A stretch of 64,000 nt of DNA from Octopus sinensis. Lineage: Eukaryota. This document shows positions 50,440 to 61,360 of the stretch, in pieces. The DNA is taken from NCBI RefSeq assembly GCF_006345805.1, contig NC_042997.1, positions 24,552,001-24,616,000 of the forward strand, given 5' to 3'. Numbering within the stretch: the stretch's first letter is position 1; each line of letters begins with the position of its first letter. Both the position numbers and the translations under genes were made by a program. The notes beneath the pieces are model-generated. The model did no database searches, was not told the DNA's origin, and worked only from the letters and a program-made list of their open reading frames with translations.

Positions 50440-50660
50440 CTCTATCTGTGTTTGTCCCAACCGCTGCTTGACAACCAGAATAAGTGAATTTGCGTCCACG
50501 TAAATTAGCGGTTATGCAAAATGGATTGATAGAATAAGTACCTGGCTTCAAACTAAAAATATAACAGTACTGGGGTCTAATCATTCGACTGAAATTCTTT
50601 AAGGTGGTTCATCAGCGCGGCCGCTCTCTAATGACTGAAGCAGAAAGAATAGAAAAATGA
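50440..50660 (+). mobile_element. Old family B-like SINE, 3' half
   Basis: GTGTTTGTCCC...GCTTGACAACC...GATAGAATAAGTAC...GGGGTCTAATCATTCGACT. Confidence 0.65.
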
Positions 50661-50754
50661 AAGAATACAACTTAGACACCATTCCGGTAACTCTGTGACT
50701 ATCTATTACCTGATTGAGAAATGAATAAATTAATTATTTTTTTAATTTATTCAT

Positions 50755-50832
<78 letters not shown>

Positions 50833-50885
50833 GTCTGTCTGTCTGTCTGTCTCTCTGTCTGTCTGTCTGTCTTTCTGTTCGTCTG

Positions 50886-50934
<49 letters not shown>

Positions 50935-52233
50935 TTATTTATCTATCTATCTATCTGTGTATCTATCTATCTATCTATCTATATGTGTATCTATCTATCT
51001 ATCTATCTATCTATCTACCTATCTATCTATTTATCTCTCTCTATATATACATATATATACATATATATGTGTCTGCATACACGCACGTAGAGACACATAA
51101 ATACACGCGTAAACACACACACGCACAAACACACGCACTCACACTAACACACACACTCACATACACATATAATGTATATATGTGTATAGTGTTTGATTGT
51201 CAGTAATAAAGAGTGCTCGATACCGGAGTTAAGTTCAGTAATATCTGGTCTTGGTTGAGTCACTCCCTTCCATTTCTGGGCTTCGCCTGAAGACTCTATG
51301 CATCCGCATGGAAGTCTCAGGGTAACAAGAGACTTACTACATCAAAATAAACTCTATTAAATGCGTGTATATGTGTATGCGTATGCATGTATAGATATGT
51401 ATGTGTGTGTGCTGTGCGTATATACGCATATATAAATATGTGTGCGTGCGTGTCTGTGTTGGTGCGTGTGTGTGTGCGCGTGTGTGTGTGTGTGCATGTG
51501 CACGTGTGTGTATGTGTATGTACATACATTCTTAAATATATGCGTGTATATGTGAGATGCATGCATGTACGTTCGTATGTGCTTATATAGAAATGTTTGT
51601 GTTCGTATGTATGTGTGTTTAGTTATAGAGTGCTGAAAACACTTTTATCTGATAAAGTTATTTTGTTTAAGTAGCTCTTAGATATCTCCATGTACATAAA
51701 AGTGATAATGTCATAAGTGCTCAAGAAATTGGCGCCAAACAAAATGATGCTTTCAGCTTCCACTATGTATCATACGAAATCTCTTAATGTTTGGAATATG
51801 ATTCCTCTTAATTTCATAGATCAATAAGTACATTAATATATACACAAAGGACATAAGGGTAGTGACATTTTTAATCCTTCACGCCAAGCAAAAGCCTCAA
51901 TCGTAGGCATAATCAAGACGTTCTAGTGCTTTAAATTTTATAGGAAACAGTATAGTACACGCTCAGTTTAGGAATGTCCTGAGTACTAAACTTAAGGGAG
52001 AAGTAGATTTATTTGACAAAGCATTTAGCACTTTTATTTAGTGGCTAGACACAAATATTGAGGAACAGCTTAGTTTTTCATGGGTTGTCTAAAACCGAGC
52101 TGATGCACAGTCTCCTAGTCCAGAAGAACAAAGCGTCAATTGTTGCTATGTTACGAGACTTGAAGACATGATGCACTACATCGATAGACTATCATCTGTG
52201 GGTTTTGGTCATGTGTTGATATATCTACATCTA

Positions 52234-52284
<51 letters not shown>

Positions 52285-52303
52285 ATCTATCTATCTATCT
52301 ATA

Positions 52304-52350
<47 letters not shown>

Positions 52351-52354
<4 letters not shown>

Positions 52355-53757
52355 TCTTTTACTCTTTTATTCTTTTACTTGTTTCAGTCAATTGACTGCG
52401 GCCATGCTGGAGCACCGCCTTTAGTCGAGCAAATCGACCCTGGGACTTATTCTTTGTAAGCCCAGTACTTATTCTATCGGTCTCTTTTGCCGAACCGCCG
52501 AGTGACGGGGACATAAACACACCAGCATCGGTTGTCAAGCAATGCTAGGGGAACAAACACAGACACACAAACACACACACATATATATATACATATATAC
52601 GACAGGCTTCTTTCAGTTTCCGTCAACCAAATCCACTCACAAGGCATAGCAGAAGACACTTGCCCAAGATGCCACGCAGTGGGACTGAACCCGGAACCAT
52701 GTGGCTGGTTAGCAATCTACTTACCACACAGCCACTTCTGCGCCTATATATATATATTTGTGTGTGTATATATATATACAAATATATATATATACAAATA
52801 TATATATATAATATATATATATACTCTTTTACTCTTTTATTCTTTTACTTGTTTCAGTCAATTGACTGCGGCCATGCTGGAGCACCGCCTTTAGTCGAGC
52901 AAATCGACCCTGGGACTTATTCTTTGTAAGCCCAGTACTTATTCTATCGGTCTCTTTTGCCGAACCGCCGAGTGACGGGGACATAAACACACCAGCATCG
53001 GTTGTCAAGCAATGCTAGGGGAACAAACACAGACACACAAACACACACACATATATATATACATATATACGACAGGCTTCTTTCAGTTTCCGTCAACCAA
53101 ATCCACTCACAAGGCATAGCAGAAGACACTTGCCCAAGATGCCACGCAGTGGGACTGAACCCGGAACCATGTGGCTGGTTAGCAATCTACTTACCACACA
53201 GCCACTTCTGCGCCTATATATATATATTTGTGTGTGTATATATATATACAAATATATATATATACAAATATATATATATAATATATATATATACTCTTTT
53301 ACTCTTTTATTCTTTTACTTGTTTCAGTCAATTGACTGCGGCCATGCTGGAGCACCGCCTTTAGTCGAGCAAATCGACCCTGGGACTTATTCTTTGTAAG
53401 CCCAGTACTTATTCTATCGGTCTCTTTTGCCGAACCGCCGAGTGACGGGGACATAAACACACCAGCATCGGTTGTCAAGCAATGCTAGGGGAACAAACAC
53501 AGACACACAAACACACACACATATATATATACATATATACGACAGGCTTCTTTCAGTTTCCGTCAACCAAATCCACTCACAAGGCATAGCAGAAGACACT
53601 TGCCCAAGATGCCACGCAGTGGGACTGAACCCGGAACCATGTGGCTGGTTAGCAATCTACTTACCACACAGCCACTTCTGCGCCTATATATATATATTTG
53701 TGTGTGTATATATATATACAAATATATATATATACAAATATATATATATATATATAC
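52351..53757 (-). repeat. Three head-to-tail copies (period 470 bp) of one family B SINE plus (AT)n
   Basis: Unit starts at 52351, 52821 and 53291; ORF track repeats at +470; copies share private variants. Confidence 0.95.
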
Positions 53758-54644
53758 AATATATGCGGAGTAGGGGGGGACTTAAGAAATCAGTGTTTAA
53801 GAAAAAATATAATATATCAGTCTAAGGTGATTATTAGAGATCGTAAGTATTATTATATTGGTTCGTCTGCTACAATTTGAAAATATGGATTTTATAATCA
53901 TTCTCATTCATTTAAATATAGAAGAAAAAGTAATTCTTCAAATCATAGTAAATGTATTTTGGATTTAAAGGATAAGAGCAGTATGTATTGTTTAAAGTGG
54001 TCCATAATTAGTCATGCATAATCTTACAATATTTGTACAATATATACTTCTGAATTAACTTTACTGAATTTTAATGGAAACTTTACAATAAGATGTCGCC
54101 ATAAATTCAGAAAGACATGCAAATATTTCAGTTATTAATCATGATAATTTTAGTTATTAGTTACGATGATTTGAGTAAATAGATAAGTAATTGTGTAGAC
54201 GTAAAGTATCTAAGATTCTATTGTTCATAAAGCAGAATTCTTATCTTTAATTTTTATTCTTTCGTTATCCAGTGACATCCCCAATAGTTGTATTCAAATT
54301 TGGCTTTTTAGATTATATTCCTGTATAGATTTCTACTTGTCATAATCTAGGATTCTTATGTTTGTATATTTACTAATAATTTTTATTATTTCATCATCAA
54401 CTCACAAAAATGACTTCCTTTAAATATGTCTCTTTTTTATTTTATTTTTATTATACATTTTCTTTATCCAATGACGACATCACTATTCAGAGGCTCACAC
54501 TGAATTTCACTAATTTTGGATAGACTTGATAACACTGTATTAACATATAATTTCGAGGATATTAATTTTAATTCTAACGATATTTACTTTCTCCCCCCGC
54601 TCACTCTCTCTCTCTCTTTCTCTCTCTCTATCTCTCTCTCTCTC

Positions 54645-54696
<52 letters not shown>

Positions 54697-55187
54697 GACA
54701 CTCACACTTGTATGTATATTTAATTAATATGTATGTGTGCGAGGCAATATTTACATATCGCCTGAGGAAACACAACTAGATCGCATAATGCAGAGAAACA
54801 GTTGTATAATCAAGTGCCAGCCTTGAGAACTACGTTGCGTAGAAACAATTGTAGTGATTGAAAATAAATGTCCAGCCGTACTCATTCTTGTTGATTCCAA
54901 TTTTTTTCATTTATCTATTCCCGCACAACAGAAAACGAAACTCAAACCTTGAACTACGTTTAGTATTACTACTGGAAAGCACACGGTGAAATCTGAAGGT
55001 GGACGAGCTTTATACTGTACTCTACTATGTTCTTAACAGACTATATCATAAGTATATATATATACTTAACTATGACCTGCTTTCAGGTGCTCATAAACCA
55101 AGGGCATTGAGGTTATTATCTCTTACGCCTAAAGAACACAGCCGCCCTATGAACTAGCAACACACACACACCTCGTGTATGTGTTCA

Positions 55188-55221
<34 letters not shown>

Positions 55222-55224
<3 letters not shown>

Positions 55225-55398
55225 AGAATTCACAAAAACAAAAATGACGAAGACAGGTGGTGTAGACAACAAACAGATGTATTAGTATAACGCTCGGGAA
55301 GTGAGAAAGCCTTTAACGTTTCGAGCCTACGTTCTTCCACAGAGAGGAACACAGAAAGAAACAAGGAGAGAAAATAAAGAGTGTGTAGTGGCTAGCGG
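55222..55398 (-). mobile_element. Hammerhead-bearing repeat family i
   Basis: 55347-55310 reads CCUCU-CUGUGGA-A-GAAC(GUAG)GCUC-GAAAC-GUU-AAAGG; (AT)n at its 3' end. Confidence 0.7.
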
Positions 55399-55432
55399 AA
55401 GTTGAATACATATATGTGTGTGTGTGTGTGTA

Positions 55433-56085
55433 TGACGGCTACCCCCTCGTTATCGAGTATGGCCATTGCACGAAGCTTAACTGTTATTGGTGCTGGGATC
55501 GAATGTGACTTTTTCGCCCAGCTAAAGATCTACAATGTCTTGTACAGAATTGGCACCTAAAACCTTTACCGGCAATAGCCACCTGTAGTTGTAACTGGGC
55601 TTCATGTACCTTTGCATGTCGTTTAAGTCCTCCTGCCGAATTGCACTCTCTCCCACATGCCTGACAGATATGATCAGTATGGTGTGTAACACCACCACCA
55701 GTGGCCAGGTTGTCACTCATCTGTCTCGCTTTATGACTACGAAGATGACTCTTGAGTCCAGCTTTACTGAGGCAGGGTCTTGCACAGACACTGAATGTCA
55801 GCACCATATGAAGACCCTTCCCATCAGGAAGTGTAACAGCGATGCCCTTCCTGACATCCCTACATACTTTCTCATGCGCAACTCGAGATTTCTCAAAAGT
55901 AGCTATCCCCTCGGCACCATCCTTCTCCACCTGCTACGATCAATAGCTATTCCCTCCCATGTGTCAGGAGAGATGCAAGCATCTCTTAAGGAAGCATCCA
56001 GCAAATCCTTATACCTCTTTTTTTGGTTTATGTGGAGATCGTTCTCCTTTAGCTAACTCTTCATAAAAGAGTTGTTCTTCAAAAA
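55433..56085 (-). mobile_element. RTE-clade LINE 3' fragment with three C2H2-type zinc fingers
   Basis: EQLFYEELAKGERSPHKPKKRYKDLLDASL...WEGIAIDRSRWR; then xSVCARPCLSKAGLKSHLRSH, CQACGRECNSAGGLKRHAKVH and CQFCTRHCRSLAGRKSHIRSQH; (CA)n tail. Confidence 0.85.
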
Positions 56086-56189
56086 GAATACCACCAAAGC
56101 TTTTAGAGTTAGGAAGACATACTTTCTAGAGGAATATAACATGTAAAAAAATTATTGGTTAATCCTGTATTATGTTTTCCTTTCTTCTC

Positions 56190-56400
56190 TTTTTTTTCTG
56201 CTTAAGGCACGTGGCCATCGATTTCGGGAAAGAAGATGAGTCGATTATATAGACTCCAGTGATCAACTGGTACTTACTTAATCGAATCCGTAATGATGAA
56301 AGGCAAAGTCAACCCCGGTGGCATTTGAAATCAACGTTAGGTCGGGGAAAATGCTACTAAGCATTTATTCCGGCGCGATAACAATTTTGACAACTCACTA
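56190..56400 (-). mobile_element. Old family C-like SINE monomer
   Basis: GATGAAAGGCAAAGTCAACCCCGGTGGCATTTGAAATC...CTAAGCATTT. Confidence 0.7.
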
Positions 56401-56469
56401 CTCACTTGTGTCCTAATATTAATAAAGCAGTACTTCATATGAATCCAAGGAGTTTTGCAAAAGTCTCTA

Positions 56470-57114
56470 CGAGGGGAAACTGAAAATTTCCCAACTTTTA
56501 AGATATCTCGAAAGGCCTTGTTCTAGGAGAAACATTCCGAGTTCTTTTACGTATCTCAGACAAACTGAAGAACCGCTGCAATAAGTGTGTTAATCTGAGA
56601 GGGAAATATGTTGAATAAAATCATAATTACTTTTTACTCTTTCACTTGTTTCAGTCATTTGATTGTGGCCATGCTGGAGCACCGCCTTTTCGTCGAGCAA
56701 ATCGACCCTAGGACTTATTCTTTGTAAGCCTAGTACTTATTTTATCGGTCTCTCTTGCCGAACCTCTAATTTACGGGGACGTTAACACACCAGCATCAGT
56801 TGTCAAGCGATGCTGGGGGGGGGGGCAAACACAGACACACAAACATATACAGACACATACATATATATATATACATATATATGACGGGCTTCTTTCAGTT
56901 TCCGTCTACCAATTCTACTCACAAGGCTTTGGTCGGCCCGAGGCTATAGTAGAAGACACTTGCCCAAAATGCCTCGCAGTGGGACTGAACCCGGAACCAA
57001 GCGGTTGGTAAGCAAGCTACTTACCACATAGATACTCCTGCACCTATAGCTGATTAGCTGATTTTCCTGTAATTTCTTTTAAACAAAGTCAGGACCGTTG
57101 CAGCAACCACTCGT
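56470..57114 (+). mobile_element. Mariner-derived short element interrupted by a family B SINE
   Basis: TA-CGAGGGG left end; transposase C-terminus KLKNRCNKCVNLRGKYVE*; degenerate right TIR CAGCAACCACTCG (about 19/29 match). Confidence 0.6.
56631..57045 (-). mobile_element. Family B SINE, full length
   Basis: All B segments present. Confidence 0.92.
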
Positions 57115-57644
57115 GTATCCCAATTCAGATTAAAGCATTGTTAATAATAGATTGCATGGAGACAGCATTTCATGTACATTAAGCAAGTTACTGCGTGAAA
57201 ATTTGAAATCAATCACAGAAAACATTTATGAAGAATTGTGAACTAAAATATTCTTGTTTATAGAAACTGGTCATATTCTTACATTCCCAAACTACATAGT
57301 GCCGGTTTACATTTGGTTTATTTATATTCTTCAAAATCTAGTTTATTCTCCTCAATGAAAAGAAAGGAACTACTGAATAATCTAGACCTGGGTATACTCA
57401 ATATGTTTTGGTCTGCTTTGATAGAAGCAGAATTGATTTGTAGTAGAACATCATCAACGTTTGAGATTGAGCAGTATAAAACTAAAAACTCATACGAAAA
57501 TATGAAACTTATATAACATCGTATGTGTGATAAATAGACAGATAGATAGATAGACAGATACAAAGTGTGTGTAAGAGAAATTGACGGAGGGAGATATTGA
57601 GTGAGAAAGAGAGAGAGAGATGGAGAAAGAGGATGAGAGAAAGA

Positions 57645-57686
<42 letters not shown>

Positions 57687-58435
57687 ATTTCCAGCTGTAT
57701 GAGAATGAAAGAAATTTTACTTGAGCAATTCAGATTATTACATATTTAAAAACAAAACACGACGACACACCATTGAAAGAGAAGAGAAAAAATTGGATGA
57801 TGAGAATAGCAACGAGCACCACATATAAATTATGTTCAGAAAAGAAACAACAAAATATATTTAAGAAGAAAAAAATAGTCGCAAATCGTGATTTGTGCAA
57901 GAACCTATATTTTTAATAGATTTTATCCTTAAATATAACAAAAGTAAAAAAAAATTATCAAAGAATTATTTCCAGTTCGTCATAATGAGTTATCTGATCC
58001 AAAATATATTTCCAAAGAATGTATTTCCATAAGAAATTGATTACAAAGACGTTGAATTGAAGATAAATATATAAAGTAAAAGATTATGATTAAACAGAAT
58101 ATAACGATGCTCGGCGTTAAATACACTGGTCTGCAATATAATATGAAATCTGGAAATGAAGAGACACACACAGAAATACACTTACAAACACACACACTCG
58201 TGTACATAGATACACATACATGCGTGTACACAAAAGCACACAAATAAAAAAAAATATATTCAATATGTGATATATATATATATATAACATATATACTGTG
58301 TAACATATCTATAATACACATAATGCATCTAGATATATAGCTATACATATTTATATACATATGCATGTAAGAGTTGTAGCAAAATAGATCAAAATAAATT
58401 GTATCAAAATATAACAAAATATATTTTACATATAA

Positions 58436-58841
58436 GCGCAGGAGTGGCTGTGTGGTAAGTAACCTGCTTACCAACCACATGGTTCCGGTTCAGTCCCACT
58501 GCGTGGCACCTTGGGCAAGTGTCTTCAACTATAGCTTCGGGCTGACCAAAGCCTTGTGAGTGGATTTGGTAGACGGAAACTGAAAGAAGCCCGTCGTATA
58601 TATGGATATGTATTTATGTATGTGTGTGTATATCTTGTGTATCTGGAGGACAAACCAAATATTGCTTGACAACCGATGCCGGTGTGTTTGGGTCCCCGTA
58701 AATTAGCGGTTCAGCAAAAGAGACCGATAGAATAAGTACTAGGCTTACAAAGAATAAGTCCTGGAGTCGATTTGATTCGACTAAAGGCGGTGCTCCAGCA
58801 TGGCCGCAGTCAAATGACTGAAACAAGTAAAAAAGAGTAAA
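58436..58841 (+). mobile_element. Family B SINE, full length
   Basis: All B segments present. Confidence 0.92.
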
Positions 58842-60139
58842 GTGTATAGTGCAATCATCTGATATAGAACTCAATATGTTAGGCAGAGTGTATAAATATG
58901 TGTATATATATATATATCCAAAGCTAACAACCTACTCAGAGTCATGCTCCGGGTTGGGCTGTTCAAGACTTTGTATGTATGTATGCATGTATGTATGTAT
59001 GTTAGTATGTATGTGTATATGTATATGTATGTGAGTGTATGTATGTCTGTGAATGTTTGTGTACGCTCGCGCGTGTATATATATGTATGTATTTCCTCTG
59101 TAAGCATTCATGTATGCATTTTATATGTATGAACATTCATGCATATATACCTGTTTGGGCTATGAGCATGTTACAATTTTCATTTCATTAAAATTCTATT
59201 ATTTTAAAATCATAACTTTAGAATTGGCTAAACAAAGCAATAAACTGGCCCAGAATCAATAATGTCACATGTTGAAAGCATTGATAAACAATGAAGGCGG
59301 ATGCGCACGCAAATATCACATACAAATACACTCACACACGCGTATATATTCGCGGGCATTCTCACTCTTTCATACACACTCGCCCACGTACACATCCACA
59401 TATAATGAGCAATTCAAATTAATACGGGCATGTTTAAAACAATCTAGTAAGAAATAAAATGATTTTCACCATTCTTCGAAAGCTGTTAATTACAATATAG
59501 AAAAATATATAAGCATCATGAAAATGAAATAGATAAATGCATAAATCAATAACAAAGAACCGATCGATTATTCACTCTCCGCAACCTCGTCCGATAGTAT
59601 GATAGTTCACATTTAATGAAGTTCTATCGCTCATACATTAGGAAAAGAACAGCTGCTATAAACACGGATATTTAGGTTATCTAGCCCAGAGACAAAAAAA
59701 AAAACATAATCTAAAATAACAGCTAATGAGGGAACATGATTGTTTTGTGTGCTAGAAATTGTAGCCAAATTTTCCTCAAGTCACATCTTATGGCCTGACT
59801 AAATGTATGTATGTGTGCGTGTTTGTTTTTGTGCCTCTTTGTGTAAGGGGTGCATCTAGATGTAAAACCAATGGAGATCCTATGGAATTAATATAGATGT
59901 CAACCATATGATAAATAGCTCTGCGAAAATGGCACCGCTGTATTCTCTACTTATGAAGCATGATATCTTGGTCGAAAGATTCTACAATGCAAAGGATGAA
60001 ATTGAGAATGCAAATATGAAAGCTATAGTGATGTAGCATGTATAATCACACATAACGTGAAAGATTACTGGTGAAATATTTCTGTAAAACCTCGGTAAAA
60101 TGCAAGGATGCGTATATGTATATATGTATGTATGTACGT

Positions 60140-60305
60140 ATGTATATCATTATTCACTTTATTTCAAGATTTCTTGCCAATAGAGTAGGATCTGGTTTCT
60201 AACCTAGATCCAATGCTCCTTCATTGGAATGTATGTATGTGCAAATTTGTATGTTTTACGTATGTATTCTCATGCATATAGCTGCATATCTAGACATGCT
60301 CATGT
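60140..60305 (-). mobile_element. Family G (TATG/CATA-associated) repeat, internally deleted
   Basis: TTCAAGATTTCTTGCCAATAGAGTAGG...CTAACCTAGATCCAA...CATATCTAGACA. Confidence 0.75.
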
Positions 60306-60351
60306 ATGTATGTATGTATGTATGTATGTATATGTATATAAGTACCTTTTA

Positions 60352-60741
60352 GTGGAGGTACAATGGCCCAGTTGTTAGGGCAGCGGACTCGCGGTCGTAG
60401 GATCGCGGTTTCGATTCCCAGACCGGGCGTTGTGAGTGTTTATTGAGCGAAAACACCTAAAGCTCCATGAGGCTCCGGCAGGGATGGTGGTGATCCCTGC
60501 TGTACTCTTTCACCCCAACTTTCTCTCACTCTTACTTCCTGTTTCTGTTGTACCTGTATTTCAAGGGGCCGGCCTTGTCATTCTCTGTTTCACGCTGAAT
60601 ATCCCCGAGAACTGCGTTAAGGGTACACGTGTCTGTGGAGTGCTCAGCCACTTACACGTTAATTTCACGAGCAGGCTGTTCCGCTGATCGGATCAACCGG
60701 AACCCTCATCGTCGTAACCGACGGAGTGCTTCCATCCATCC
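60352..60741 (+). mobile_element. Family A SINE, full length
   Basis: (TCCA)3 tail; imperfect TSD ATAAGTAC(C)TTTT. Confidence 0.92.
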
Positions 60742-61169
60742 ATAAGTACTTTTGGTCCTGTGTGTATGTACGAGGGCGTATGTCACGAAAAGTGAGTTTT
60801 GTAATTACGGTTTCTTCTATAACTACAGCTAGAAGAAAAACTGTGTACCCGTTGACCTGTTTTTTCCTTCTGTTCATCGTTTGTGTTGCTGTTGTTGTTG
60901 TTGTTGTTGTGTCCAGCCATGTTGTGTAGCAACTCTCTGCATAGTAAATTCGCTATGGTCCTGAATAAAAGGCGTCCTCGGTTAATTCATCAGAAGATTG
61001 ACCAGTTCTTTAACAGGGCTGAAAGTTGGAGATAGTATTCAACGTATTTTCCATAAATTGACTTCCACTCGAGATACACGATCTGTCGCTTCGAGGTGAT
61101 ATGTGTATATGTATGTATGTGTGTATGTATGTATGTATGTATGTATGTATGTATGTACGCATGTATGTA

Positions 61170-61360
61170 TATCTTTATTCACTTTATTTTAAGATTTCTT
61201 GCCAATAGAGTAGGACCGGTTTCTAACCTAGATCCAAGGCTCCTTCATTGGAATTTCAACATCAACAACAGGATATTTTTGTTTGTATGTATGTATGTGC
61301 AAATTTATGTTTTATGTGTGTATTCTCATGCATATAGCTGCATATCTAGACAGGCTCATG
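61170..61360 (-). mobile_element. Family G repeat within (TATG)n
   Basis: Longer copy of 60140-60305. Confidence 0.75.

Noticed and set aside
51287-51320. CTGAAGA followed by a hairpin
   Set aside because: It forms a simple extended stem-loop with no GAAA-GUH, and it is a single occurrence.
57318-57516. Overlapping short ORFs; DDVLLQINSASIK faintly PDZ-like
   Set aside because: Too short, weak splice context and no supporting neighbouring exons.
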